Source: Rhina ancylostomus (lineage: Eukaryota). Taken from it: a DNA stretch of 64,000 bases. The notes under the pieces were generated by a model that did no database searches, was not told the origin of the DNA, and saw only the letters and a list, made by a program, of their open reading frames with translations. Numbering within the stretch: the stretch's first letter is position 1; every line of letters begins with the position of its first letter. The DNA is taken from positions 12,103,818 through 12,167,817 of the forward strand of contig JARFYF010000057.1 of the NCBI GenBank assembly GCA_030265395.1, written 5' to 3'. The translations under genes and the position numbers were made by a program. Shown here in pieces: positions 35,767 to 50,700 of the stretch.

Positions 35767-38700
35767 GTAGATTTGGAGCCAGCTCACTGGGGTTCTGCTC
35801 TTATTCTTGTATTTTGGGTGCATGGTTATAATTGCAAGAATAATACACAGACTAGGTAAATCTAATCCATCACTTTGAAAACATGTTTGTATTTTTTTAA
35901 TACGTCATCAAGTTTCAAAAGAAATAAGGACAAGTATAGGCTAATATTGAGGTTAACATCTTTAAAGCGGAATAAGTTTTGTTGAATAATTATAGTCCAG
36001 CAGCTTTCCTTTTGCATTTTGATTATTTGTAATAATAAGCGTTGATGAAGGATTCAGGATGTTTGAGCTGTAGGGCACCAAATGAGGGACTTAGTGCTCA
36101 GTGATGGGCCCATGCTCTCAGCTGCCAGATATCCTTTAAACAAGAATGGAAAATAAAGTGGAGTTTAAATGTTAACCTTCTGGCTTTACTGGCCAACCTA
36201 CTGCAGGAAAAGGGACCAACAAAGTGAGAGACTCCAAAAATTGGGCTGCAGAGAAAGAGAGTGAACAGATCAATTTGTACTAAATAAATCTCTTGGTGAT
36301 TTGATGACTGTGTTCACTATGGCTGATGGTTACTGGTCTTGTCAACACCCAGAAGCCTTCTCTGCTGCTAGTAACTGTGAGGAACCTGTAATACAGGAGC
36401 ACCATTGCTACCACAGAACTTATCTCATAGCTACGAACACTACAATAGTGAAGTAGTAGTTCGTGGAAGATGTGGAGATTCGATGGGGGAGAAGACAAAA
36501 TAATTTGAAGAGGATCTCCAGCTATTGTTTAATAAATGTAGCAGTAATAAAGTAGTAATATTCAAAAGTTTCTCACCTGCTGTGGGCAATAGCGTAGAGT
36601 GTGGGAAGCAATGGGACATCATTTGGGTTATGAAAGGCACTGTACTAGTACACACCATTGCTTGGTTTAGCAATTGGTGCTCTTCTGAATGCAGAGAATA
36701 TAAAACATCTGCTTTCTTCCAAAACAATTTTTTAACTTTTAGTTTTAATTGTGCAAATGCTCATTAAAATAACTGAAGCAGAGTTATGTGGGCATTGACA
36801 AATAATTCAAATGAACTTTGTTTCCAAGGTTAATTGAAGCTACTCTGTTAGTAAATGGATTGAATCCCAAGTGCAAAATGATTATTAATTAAACAAGAGT
36901 CTTGTCAATGCTGTGTGAGATTCTATTTCCTAAGAATGAAGTGTTCATTTGGATCTGGGACCCATGGTGATTGAATACTGGGAGACAGATGCAAGTGAGA
37001 CTTTGCAGAAATTCAGAGCACAGCTTAATTAAAGGTGTAAAATGAGGGGTAGTGCTGATGTTAGGAAACTGGGTGCACAAAACGATTTAAGTCAAGAAAA
37101 GCTTTGTCCTTAAATGCAATGTTTTAAAACTACCAATTGATTCATAATCATCAATTGTTTTAAAATTAACAATGGGTCCTATTTGAATTAATTCTTGTTT
37201 GGCTTGGGTAGCGTACCTGGCACAGAATCAGCTTTGGTGTTTTCTTTTGTAGAACCAGAAAGAACTAGCTGTTTGTTTGTTTTTAATTTGACTCCTGGTA
37301 AGAAAATTATTCTTTTTTTTTCTTTTTGAAGCTCAAACATTCACATAAAGGATTAATTTTAACCCATCCCACCAGGTTAGGATGGGATGGGGTGTAAAGG
37401 CAGTGCTGTCTGATCTTGTTAACTTCCCACCTATGGGTGGGTTAATTATTATGGAGCACATGAATAGCTTGAAATCAACATAAAAGTGAACCACTGAAGG
37501 GACTGAAGTCCAGGATAGCCAATTATATTTTGTGCTAAAGTGGAGTTGTACAGACATCTTAAAACACACACAATTGGAAGTGAAGTTCTTTTACTCTTTT
37601 ATAAACCAGTTTATTTAATCTTAGTTTGTTCTTTATCTGGGTGTGGAGATAATCTTTTCCAAACATTGCTGGAAGGTAAGTAGCAGTGGTTTAAGATGAC
37701 TTGAACCATCTCCACTCGCCACTTTTTTGAAAGCCTGACTGAAATTTGGGGTTGGTAGGTTAATTGGTGACTGTAAATTGCCCTTTGAAGTGGGGGAGTT
37801 GAGGGGAATGTGGGGGAGTTGAGGGGAATGTGGGGAGAATGAAATGGCTTCATTGTAGATGGGTGATGGTTGATGTGGACTCTGGACTCTGGCTGAAGGG
37901 CTAGTTTTCATGCTATGATGCCATGACACATCTAGAGTGGACATGCTTCAATTTCTCTGTTGGCACCTTTCTAGCAATGCCCTGCATTCATGGGAAAGGC
38001 AGTAAAACCAACTATCCTTGGTCTACTAAACAGCAGCAACACAAAGGAACAACAAACTAAGAACAGCACTTGAAGCTTTTGTGCCTTGTCTTCATTCTGC
38101 AATGCACACTCTGATCTGCAACAGCAAATGTATGCATTTTTAAAAAAAACTTAATGAAGATTTGGGTGTGTATAGTAATGTTTAAGAATTAGGGATGTCC
38201 CAACTAGTGTTCTGCTAACTATTTGCATTCATGCATGTATTACAATCAGAACTTTAACTGAAGGGAATACCACCAATAGTGTATATGCCTTCTAAGTCAC
38301 TTCTTCACCTTGACATAAAAGTGGTTAAATTTTAAACTGTGAGTTGTACCTGAGTGCAAAATATCCAGAAGACTTCTAATAGCAGTTACTGCAGTGATGA
38401 GTCTTGTCTGTTCTGCAAATCTAGGTGGATTGCTGTACCTCTGAGCAAGCAAATGGGAGTGAAGGAGAAAATAAGACGAAAAGTACCTCCTAAGCCTGAC
38501 CTGGAGAAGGTTTATACAACTCAGAGCACTTGTCCCAAAGAGGTGGGCTAGTTTAATATCATTCAAAGTTGGGATGAGAGGGGACTTTTAATTCAACAGA
38601 AGTTCGAAGGGTCTGCCAACATTGTTCACATTAAAATAAAGCATTTATCAGCTGGCTGGCATCTCCAGTGTTAAGATTTGCAACCTGATTAGTGAATGCA

Positions 38701-41700
38701 CCTCAGACCAGTCAGCAGTCCAGGTGTACTAATTCATTGTCAACATTGCCTGAATCACTGGTAGAGAGGGCATTTTGCTGACACAAGGCCCAGAGGGGCC
38801 ACTGGCCCACTGAGCTCTGGTGAGCAGTGATATTCTTGGACAATAGCAAAGGGCAAGTTGGGAGATTGGCAACTATCCAAACAACTTTCCAATTAGAAAG
38901 TGGTTCATCTTCCAGCAGATCTTTTGGAAGGGCTAACCCATAGGAACAGGGATACAACTGGGCAGGTATCCTTNNNNNNNNNNNNNNNNNNNNNNNNNNN
39001 NNNNNNNNNNNNNNNNNNNNNNNNNNNNNNNNNNNNNNNNNNNNNNNNNNNNNNNNNNNNNNNNNNNNNNNNNNNNNNNNNNNNNNNNNNNNNNNNNNNN
39101 NNNNNNNNNNNNNNNNNNNNNNNNNNNNNNNNNNNNNNNNNNNNNNNNNNNNNNNNNNNNNNNNNNNNNNNNNNNNNNNNNNNNNNNNNNNNNNNNNNNN
39201 NNNNNNNNNNNNNNNNNNNNNNNNNNNNNNNNNNNNNNNNNNNNNNNNNNNNNNNNNNNNNNNNNCTCCCAATAGTGGTTTATGCTATTTGACATGAGCC
39301 ACAATTTCTGATGGTTATATGTTCAAAAGCTAGGTCTGTTTTTATAAATTATTCAACTGTATCCCTGACTGGTAATCTGACTCCTTTGGAACTGAATTCC
39401 ATGTGAGACTGAGGATTGTACCAAACGGTGGTGTTTATGACTGGCTTTCTGCCATGCTGTCCCATGCAGTAACTGAATGACTTTGACTTTTAATGAGTGA
39501 CTGCTTTGAATTCTGCTTTTATTGACGGACAGCCAGAAGCTATACTGCAGCATCTGTCTCTGGGCTGAGGGCTGGTATTAAGTTCCTGTTGTGTTGGAGT
39601 TCCATAGGTACAAAAGCAGAGCTGCTAAATAAATAAGGTTTGATTATTGAAATTTCCTACTTGTGATGACCCGGAACAAAAATTTTATCAAATTTGCTGA
39701 TCATGTCCAGGATAGATGTGCTCTGAGCATTCATCAAGACTTCTTGTGCAGTCAATTGGTCAGTGGATTAGCCAAACAACTTGGAATGTCCTGGGACTGG
39801 GAAGATTGAGGAACAATTTTTCTTTGAAATAACTGGAGGGGAGTGGGGGAGAGCAAATTGCATCTGCAAACCCTTCACCAAAATGCATTGTTTCAATCTT
39901 CATCCATCTTTTTGTCTTTTATTTTGGCAATGGCCTTCAGCACATTTAGTGCATCTGATTGTTCAGGGGAAACTTATTCAATTTCATGTGTCCCATACTT
40001 CATCCTGTATATGAACAAACCCTTAAATTCAATCTTTTTTGTGCCTAAAAGATAACGAATGAGAGCTAAAATTAAGTTTACTCTGTAAACCTTTTTTAAA
40101 AAAAAATTTGATCATTTTTAAGAGTGACAACAGAGATTGTCCTCTGGCTAAAGTTGTTCTTTTGTGCAAATTCAATGCTGGACCATTCGACAGTACCAGA
40201 TGTGTTGCCAAAGTGTTAGGAAGATTGATCATGTGCTTTGTTACTTTCATTGCAGAGTGATCTTCTTGTTCTTGCCAAACAGTGTGGTATTTCAATGCAG
40301 GAGGTGAAGAGATGGTTTCGGAACCGAAGAAATCAGGACAGACCCAGCATCACACAGAAATTTTGTGAGGCCAGGTACAAACATTATCGAAGCAACTAAC
40401 CTGAGAATGGCAATAGGTTAGGCCCAATATCTAAAACGATAGACTCTCTGGTGTCAGCATGCTAGTTTTGAAAAATTGTGAGATTGTTCTCTCCAGAACA
40501 GTGTTAACTTCTGCCATGAAGATTTGGTCTTCCCTCTACCTTGGTATTTGTTTTTTGTACATGGTGAACTAAGTTTTGAAAACAGTGACATTTGGTGGGC
40601 GGGTCAGATATTCATTTTTAAGAGCGACAGGGTCCATTCCTTATTTATACTAAGTCAATTGGTTGATGCTGGAAGTATTTTTTTAAACTTTGTTTTCCTT
40701 ATGTTTGGAGAGATGGGCAAAAAGGGAGGAGAATAGCCTTAAGCTCCTCCAACCATCTATTTCCAATTCCATAGTATTGCTTCTCTTTTCTTTTGCTTGC
40801 CTTGGTCCACTTGCTGCTGTAATCTTTATTTGGGTGCTCTTACCAATAAAGCTTAAGGAGTGTCTCTGGTTTGATTGCATCTTAAAGACTTGTGCCTTCC
40901 TAAAGAGAAAGCAGGAAGTCTGACTAACAACAATCTCTCAAACAGTGAATGCAAATAAAACATAAACAGGCCACTTTCTATACAAAATGGTCATTAGTTT
41001 TGCTGCCATAACAATTCTTTGCACTTCAAAGTAATTTGCTATACTCTTGATGCTCAGAGGCTCATTGAAGGGCATTTTAAGATGGTGGTGAGTGATATAA
41101 AGTTCTAATTTTAACCTGCTTAATCCTCTAACTGCATCTGACAAAATGCTGGTATTCCAAGTGCTGTGTCTACCATCTGTTTGCTTGCTTAAAATGCCAG
41201 TGCCAAACAAACCAAATGATTTGGTAGCCAAACTGACAGCCTGATCCAGTGGTCTAATGTTTAATACCTCGTCCTGGTGGTTCCTGGGTTTGGCACCGAT
41301 CGTAAAAAAAAATCTACAGGATGTTAAAGGACAATATCATAGTATATACATTGGAGAAAGTTAACACTTTTAAAATATTTCCTTGGATATTCTGGCGTAA
41401 GAAGAGCTAATTACAAAACTAATGAGCAGTCTGAAAATCTGAGTACTTATTGGACTATATAACATTTAATCTCTGTCTATTTTCTGTAATTTCATCCCTT
41501 CACCATGGATTTCTTAGTTCTGTGAAAGGGGAAATATGACTCCTTAGGCTGATGATTATTGAGAGGTATAATTGCCGATGGTGTCAAATGCTTTGCTGCT
41601 TGTTAGAAAGTGTGTAGGGGCAGATCCCACACTTTTTGCAATGGAAATGGTGTTTAATGCATATAATCCAAGATCCTTCCCAGAAGGAATTGGGGGATGA

Positions 41701-44700
41701 GAAGATTTCTGGTGAGTTTCAGGGGCATGTTGCAGGGGTGGATGAAGTGGGATACTAGTCTGAGAGCACAATGAGTTGGGGAGCAGATCATAAATATGGT
41801 TATAGGAGGGGGCTGGGTGAATGACAGCTGAAGATGAAATGGTCTTTGTTTGAAGTATTATAGAAGCAAAAAGTTCCCTCTACTTCATTCTCAATGAGCA
41901 TAAACTTGTTAAACACGGACGAAGATCAAATTTGAGCTTCGTGTGCACAACACAGCCCCTGCTGCTGAGATGGTGTGATTTTTTGTCTCCCCCCCCCCGT
42001 GAATATCTGTTTATGGAGACTTTATTCTTCCTGGACTGTACAACTTTAGAACTGAGGCACAGGGAGAAAGTGTTTTGGTTGGCATCCCCATTCTTAAATT
42101 GGCTGATCACCAAGAATGGTATTTAAAAATTCCAATTAACTAATCCTAAAGTACTGGAGGTATCTGGTTCTTGATCACAATTCTGATCCTAATACCAGAA
42201 AATGTGGGTATTACCAACAGGCAAAAACACCCCATCCATTCCCTGTGAGCTTTCCCTTTTGAAAATGGCTCCAAAAGTTGGGAATCGAAGGACGCCAGTT
42301 GAAAAAAGAATCATGCTCCAGTCGGAGTAGATGCCTGAGGTGACATTCCCCTGTAAGGATTAGAGTCTTGTGTGTCATTTAATTATTGTTGCAACCTATG
42401 CATCTGAGCTTCACAGATGGGTTATGTTATTTGTGTACATCAAGGACAAGAGAATCACTCGCTAAATCCTCACTGTGAGGCACCAATTACTTTAAAGGTC
42501 AATTACTTTGTTCAGACTATTTATACCAACTTTAGACTTTGCACTGATGTCTTCCACTCCAAGCTAATCTGCTTGAGGTTTGATATACCATTAGTATAAT
42601 GAATCTGTTCCCTGCGTTCCTCTCCTAGTTTTTTTAAAATGCAAATCCAGAATACTTGTTAACTCCCTCAGTGTGTGTTGACATAAAGGGGAGGATTGGA
42701 AGGTGAGAAGAGGTGGATGTGACTGAAGGTTAATAGGCAGTAGAAGATCCTTTGTTCCACTTGTGTTGTGCTAGCTTTTTGCTGGGGCCATCTGAAATCA
42801 ATTCCACGGTCCTGACATCTGCAAAGCTCTGTCATCTTTCAGTACATTTTATCATTTTACTCATAAAATGCAATGGTCTCTTAAAAAGCAACTCCCTATG
42901 AGATAATATTCCACTTTCCAACCTCTGTAAATGAATGCTAATTCTTATAGCTTTGACATTTTGTGAGCCTCCTAATTCCCCCACCATAATTTTACCATGA
43001 TTACCATCAAACATTTATTAAATTCTTGCTGCCTTGGCTCCAAAAGAAATACTTCCAGTACTCCAAGTTGCTCATATCTGTAATTTATCCTCATTGAAAG
43101 ATACTTTTTGTTTTCATTTCCTTTTAATGGACTAACAAAACTGCTTTAATTTGAAAGTTTAAAATTTCAAAAGAATTTTAAATTGTTTTGACTGGCTTTG
43201 GCACCTTATCTCTGAGGCCCAGCTTGGGATCACCTGCATCTCTTTATTTTCCTCTGTTGCAGTTGGAGGTTTGCATTTTACCTGCTTGCATTTATCACTG
43301 GTCTTTGCGTGCTGCTTGACGTAAGTATAAGTCATTTTGTTTGGTTGCATCATTAGCTGTGTACCTGTAGGAAAGCAGGCCAAATTTTAAAATTCTTGGC
43401 ATACAATTCCAGTTGCAGAAACCACTCTCTCTCTTCTGTTCAATTGCTTATAGATACATGGTTGACTTTTAGTGGTTATTTCTACATTTGGAAAAGAGTT
43501 TGAAAACAGCCACGCCTAGTTTTAAAAAGCTTCATAAAGCAGGATGTTGGCAAAAAAAGTAAACCAAAGTTCTCCTAAGGCTTCATGAAGCACTTTAATT
43601 AGTTTGTTTTACTGATAATTTTTTTAAACTGTCTTGTATTCCAGTTCAAAGTTCCGTAGTCCCCAGATAACAGGTGTTTTTTCTATTCAGCAGCAGATAG
43701 ATCAAAGGCTTCATTCAAACTACAAACTATTTTGTCAGGGGTTTCTTTCAATTTGCATTCCTTTTCAAAAGGAACCGACTCTTGCAGTGGTGTGGATTTT
43801 GTGGCTGCTGTTTTTTGGGTATTTCTGGCATTATCTGGCTTGCAATACCTCTGCCTTCAGGCCACTCCCATTTTGCTTTTGAGTGGATTGTATGAGAGTA
43901 GACAGGTAGTTTAGCAAACACCAAATGCTGCTGGAATATCAACAACTTGGTCTACCTGTAATTTGTTGGTCTTCTAGCACATTGAGATGTCCGTAAGGGA
44001 ATGTTGCTGAGTGGCACATTCCAGGCTGCAGGAGTACACACTGAAGCTTGGTGCATCCATTGCAGAGGCTTTGTGGGAAAGATTGCAGTCTAAAGTCCTG
44101 CTGACATGCATTAAGGGGCTGATCCCTGTTTGCTTTTTTAAAAAAAGGAAAAAAAGCCCTTCAAACACTAAACTTTGTATCACTCAAAGGGGGCCACACG
44201 GGTGGCAATAATACCCTGGGTACTGAATGTGCTCATACTACAAATGTATAGAACAACACTATGGATGTATGCATTGTTTTTTGTATTTGTATATAATTTC
44301 ATGAATTTTTAAAAATTCTGCAGGGCTGAGTATGTATGTAGAGGGTTCACCCACCAGCCTGCTGTTTCTAAATGTTCTTGGCATGGTTGTGTGATAACAT
44401 GGCACCCTGCAGGTGAGGGTGGTGGTATCTGATTTGCCTGGGTAGTAGATTGTTGGAGGATAGTCATACCCAAGCCCTGTTTATGCTTGGTGTCTAAACA
44501 CTGGATTCTCTGGAAGGGAGACTTTAGATTTAGGGTAACTAACTGGCTTTTCCATCACTTCCTTCTCCCACTTCTAACTTCTGCATTTGGGACACCGATG
44601 CCATTTGTTAATACTCCAGCTGTGATTCCCAGTTTTTTTGTAGATTATTGATGGAGCTCAAATCTTTCTGCTCTGTGTGGCTTGGTTAAATGCAGTCTTT

Positions 44701-47700
44701 TCCCGTTTCTGCATCAGGAGAGCAGTGACACCAAACTTCTCTGGGATATTGCACAAAATACCAGACTTATTCCATTGCTTCTGTGTGAAGATGTCCAGAG
44801 ATCTAAACTTTTTTTAGAAGGTTTTGCTGAATTGGATAGCACTTGTACTTGTGTTTTCCAAATGTAGAAGAGCAGGTAGCTAAAGTGAAAGTGCTCCTAA
44901 ATCACATTGCATGGCTAGAGTACTCGTTGTGAGAACTGACCCCCCCCCACTGTATTTTGTCATCCCAAAACCCCCAGTATATCTTTTTTACAAAAACTGC
45001 TTACAAACTAACATGGCAGAATGTGTACCTGCCAATTGTGTGATCTGAAGTAAAAGGCCAAAAATGGAGGGGGAGAAAAGCAAGAACTCTTGTGGATAAT
45101 GTTTCTCTTGCATTCTGATCACAATTGTAGAATGCTAGTCAAAAGCAACAACCTTGTTAAAACATTTCAAGGTTAGGAAAAACATAGAAAAACTACGGCA
45201 CAATTCAGGCCCTTCGGCCCACAAAGCTGTGCGATTCTGGCATTTGTCCAGTTGCTGGGTAGAATGGTATATCATGTTTAAAAATGCTTGTGGTTAAATC
45301 ATGAACAGGTCTATAGAAATTACAGGAGAGATGGGGTGTTTAGCCAATCTGTCAGTTTTTACCCATTATACAAGAAACAATTCTAATGCATCTACAAAAT
45401 TCACGGCAGCATTTGCGTCACCCATCTAACCAATTTGGTTGCTAGTCATTGTACCTTTTTATTTTTGTATTCAGAAACCATGGTTCTGGAATCAACAGGA
45501 GTGCTGGAAAGGATATCCTAAGCAAGTACGTACTCGCTGTTCTAAAGTAATTAAATGTTTGATATCAAAGATCAATCCTTGTGAGTTGCCATTTCTACAA
45601 ATGGCCTTGATATGTTGGATTGATGTTAAATCCACACCAGGCTGGAGGTTGCAGAGTTTAAATTTCACTGCTGATCAGATCATCTTGAGCACACTTCCCC
45701 TCTGGCTGAAACTTCACAATTGAGCCAGAGGGAGAGTGCAGTATCACAAACTGAAAGAGCATCAAAAAATGATTAGGAAAATGGGGTTCTTTGCCTGACT
45801 TCTATGAAGGATTACAGTACAGTATTGGAGTGGATAACACTGGACTAGAATTTTGAGATTCTTAGTTCATATGGCCATGGCAATTGAAAGTGATTTTGGT
45901 AAAACTTCTGGGATGGTGAGAGCAAGTGAGCCTGAAAGCTGCTGGATTGTAAAACCTCAATTATAATCCTTCATGGAAATGGGCACCCATATTGAGATTA
46001 CCAAAGGATGCTGCCTGGCTAACATGAACCACACCCTTGATGATGGGGGGGGATGGTGCCAGGAAGAGTGATTGGATGTAGAACCTTGGAATAGTTTTAG
46101 AAGCAGAGTTTCTATGACTTTCCCCCCCCCCAATATACATTGGATGAAGAATTTGAATGGATTAAATCTGCTGAACCTGTGATCAAAAATGATTGTTTAT
46201 GAGATGCAATTCCTTCAGTGATCTTCTGCTTGGTATTATGGATCAATCCCAGGCAACCATTACCAGACTGTCTGTCCTTTTGTGGAGTGGGTTAATTCCT
46301 GTTTCCCTATATTTGTTTGTAGTGTTTGCCATGTATTCTTGTGATCTCATGCCATGTAAAAGTTGTGGCAGCTGCTATCTCTTGCTATTAGATGGCCCCA
46401 TTTTGCACTCTCTCTCAAAACTGACAGTTCTGTTTCAGGTGTTGCTGCCCTCCCAGTATTGGTATTATATGATAGAACTAGCTTTCTACTGGTCTCTGCT
46501 CTTAAGAGTGTCGTTGGATATAAAGAGGAAGGTAAGTAACCAGTTGATTCATTGCTGATACTCAGTCTTAAAAATCTAACCTTCTGGCTCACCTCAAAAT
46601 AGGAAGCTTGAGTTCTGAAGTAAATACAAAACATTCTGTGTGAACAGTGGATTAATAAAGTTGGTTGTAGATTCAATATGATATTTGTTATTGACCATTT
46701 AGCTATGAATCCATGAATTGATATATCATTCTGTTATCTGATTTTTTTTTCTTTTCCTTGGGTTTTTTTGTATACTGAACCACACAACTTTCCATTGCTT
46801 CTGTAGTGATGGTTACTATGGCTTGCAAATGTACTGTTCCTAGTCCCTCCCTTTTGGAAGTAAATGTGTGAACTCCCCTGACCTGATGATCTTCTATAGA
46901 TTAAGAGCTCTTGTGATTTAGCAAGGGAAGGATATGATGTTCACTTTCCTGTTTCAGCATCATTCAACAGAGCAATGTGTCAGTGAGTTGATCTCACCTT
47001 GTGCCCTTGTCCAGTGGAGATGATATTGGGCAATTTTTTGATGTTTTGTAATCATCAATATTTTGACTGCGCTGTTAACCTCTCAGTAAACTCTCACTGG
47101 TAAGATTGAGTTGAGTCTGAAATGTTGGAGCCAGGTCCAATGAGACAAGTCAGCAGTAGGAGTTAGATAACCAGTTTAGAAACCACTTGGAACCTGAAAT
47201 ATTTCCAAAACCTCAATGTTTGATTGTTGCGATTCACAATGGCTTTGGTGAATTAAAAATAATGTTTTTAAATGTGTTAACAGCTGAACTTGGAAGTTTT
47301 CTTTAAGTCCCAGTGACGTAGCAATGGGCAAGAGACCCAGTCATGACAGTCCAGGGCCCAAACGTGATTGGAGAATGTAGTTGGGATGGGACTGGTTAAA
47401 AGCCACAAAGTTTGGATTTTAAAATGTTGCATGATGCAGAAAGAATTGAAAGTTGAAGGATACAGTTTCTAATTGAGGGGAATTAGTAGCAGGAAATGCA
47501 ATCAATCTCAAATTTGGTTGTATTTCTAATAAATTTTCTTGGCTTCAGCTTTTCCGCACTCCAGTTTAAAAGTGTATGTTGAAATATTTTGATGTGACTT
47601 AAAGCTATGCAAATGAAGGTTCTGTGATTTGTTTATAATGCTTGTTTCTGTAATGAATACTTCAGGAGCTCTCTCCTGTTGGTTTTTACCTGCATTTAAA

Positions 47701-50700
47701 CCATTCTGACATTTTGGATTTCAGTGAAATGGTCCCATATAAATATTACAGTTGTAATATTTCACTTTCCTGCAGAAATAAACTTTCCTATCTATAATGT
47801 TACCTGACCAAAGTATTTATATTATTTTAATGACTTCTAACGTGTGCATGGAATCTTGAGCCAATCAATGGAGAATTCTGGCTGTTTCAACCTGATTTAA
47901 AAATTCCATTCAAAAGATAGTGTGCTCTACTGGCACCAAGTTCCAGTTGAATTGATATATATTTTCTTACCCTGCTTCACAGGACTTCAAGGAACAGATC
48001 ATACACCACATTGCCACCATCTTTCTTATTGGGTTTTCCTACTGTGCAAACTACATCCGGGTGGGAACCCTGGTAATGCTGGTACACGATGCATCTGATT
48101 ACATAATGGAGGTGAGTTGTTAATACAGAGATACTCCTATCCCAGAGGCTGTCAAGGGTTTGTGCTTATTTGTCGACATTAGATCAGTCTGAAATTTCAA
48201 TGATCACTTAATAATCTTAATGTAGATTTTGACTAGATTATTGCAGGCATCAACAATGAATGACGGGCACAAAAGGAGTAAAGCACCATCCAGTGTCATA
48301 ATAAACATAACAGATTGGAAAGGTGGTAGCTGTGATTATAGGTTTGAGCTAGGTTAGCTGCTTGTGGTGGGTTAAGTGCTGTGGGAGGAAGAGGAGAAGT
48401 GATGGGTGCTACTGGTTCGTACATGTGTTATTTAAAGTGGAAGAGGCTGAGTAATGGAATAATGAGTTGTACTAGGGAGAGGAGGAACTGAAAAAGATGT
48501 ATGAGGAGTTGAGTATTTTGAAGGGGGAAATTTTAAATTATAATACCTGGTCTATCTTCCTTAGTACTGTTTAGAGCATAAATGATATCCCAGGAAATTT
48601 GATAACCTGCAGGGAATGCAACATCTTTACGGATATATTTGAAGATCCACTGCCTCTTTTTTCAGTGAGCATCGCTGCCCCTTGCTCCTCATCTTCCCAT
48701 TTTCATTTCCCACTGCCAACCATGCCCCCCCCCATGACCATTTCTATAACACTGATGAAGCCACTGACAATGCTTCACTACAACTTGTTATGCTTGAGAA
48801 TTTTCAAAAGCCATCCATGTATCTGATGTAGTAGCTCTGGCCATTAAGAATTCAGCTCCAAGGTCTAATCAAAGCACTGTTGAAGGTCAGTTCACAAAAT
48901 TCAATATGCATTTGTACAGTGATAATTTGTAAAACCTCGAGGTGCTTCACATGATTAACATCAGGCAAAGTCTGAAACTGAGGCAAAATCTGAAACTGGC
49001 GTAACAGGCCAAAATCAAGTGTAGAAATCTCCACAGAACTGCAGAGGAGGGAGGAGGTTGAAGAAAATGAGAATTAAAAATTGATGTAACTATAGTTCAG
49101 AGTACAGTTTTGGGTGAATGGGATGATGCATTTTAGGATATGGCAGCAAAGTTGTGAATGATCTCACATTTGTGTGTGTGTGTGGTGGTAGGCTGACTAG
49201 GAAAGCATTGGAATAGTTGAATGTGGAGGTAATACAGATGAAGGGTTTCAACAACAGATGACTTGAAGGGTTTTTAAAAACAAAAATGACAATGTGATTG
49301 AGTCAACACTGGGTCAAAAAATCAGCTTGCTCAGATACCCAGGTTACAAACAGCCTGGTTGAGCTTTACAATAGCAGGTGGGGGAAAAACATGACATCAC
49401 CTAGAATCAAGGGCAATGGCTTTGTTTCCACTGCCTGGTTTCAGGGAGCACTGCTGCTCCTTGCCTTCCCATTTTCATTTCCCACTGCCAACTTCCACCA
49501 CCCCCACCCCCAATTATTAACTGGGAGACTCTGAATTTAACAAACAAGAATTCGAAGAGTATTTTGAACCACCAGTTTGGGTGCTGGTTCCAGGATGGAT
49601 TTTACTTCATTAATCACTTGATCATTAAATTTGCAGTGTGCAAAAATGTTCAACTACGCAGGATGGCGAAGGACCTGTGATGTGCTGTTTGTGGTCTTTG
49701 CATTGGTCTTTTTGACAACACGACTTGTCATCTTTCCAAATGTGTGAGTGTTGCTGCTTTTTAAGGGCATTTCCAGACTGGGGTAATTGGAGACTGACCA
49801 ATAGGGTTCAGGGTATTTGTGGTCAGTGGATGTATTTATGGTGGGGGACTGAAGGGAATTGGAGGCCATTTGGCCATCATGCCTGCTTGAAGCAGCATTG
49901 CTGCTTACTGTTGTACGTCCCCACTTTCCTCACAGCTCAGATGTGCAATCTTTTTGGCTTTTAAGTATAATCAATTGCCTTTTGAAAATTTCTAATGAAT
50001 CTATTGCTACAGTTCTAAGGCTCATTAAACAATTACCATCTCACACTGGCTGATTGCAAAGTGGTGAACAGCTTTTTGATCCCTTGCACTGGGAAATTTT
50101 TATGAACATGGAAACTAAGCTTGCATACAACTCCCCAGGGTAACTTGGAATTAGGATAAATGACCCAAGATGAGGCTGGATACTCTCAGCTTGTCATCAG
50201 CATCCATAAATGGAAAATCAAACTTTCCTTTTTGGGCGGAAACCCACTTGTCACTGTCAGCTCCTATTGGGGAATATGCCAATCTGTAGGACAAACTACT
50301 GATCACTAAGCACTACAATAGACGCTCAATCACAGATGAACTGACAGAAACAAATCCAGCTCACTGCTGTCTCTGATATTTGATTTGTATTAACACTTGT
50401 TTAGAGCTGCAGAAATGGATCTCACAAGTGGAGCTGTTGAGTAACCTAACCAAACTCAGCAATGCCACCTTCTGGCCCTTAATGGTGCAACAGGTGCTAG
50501 GAGCAGTTTAGCAATAGGGCTGTATTAATATACTGTATTATGCGAAGTTTACAGACTGAATAAGCTTGGTGACTGCATTGGTCGAAGCAAATTTTCAACC
50601 TTAAAGTTGTCTATATTTTTCTGCTGTCCCCTGCTAATCTGGGACATGATCTCTTGGATTTTTCCCTTCTTGGGTCCTGCACTTGCAGCAACTCCAATGG

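Noticed and set aside
38966-38973. U12-type donor GTATCCTT (also at about 4685)
   Set aside because: Not at an exon boundary; the CerS exon chain is complete with U2-type sites, and the 4685 match is inside a CR1.
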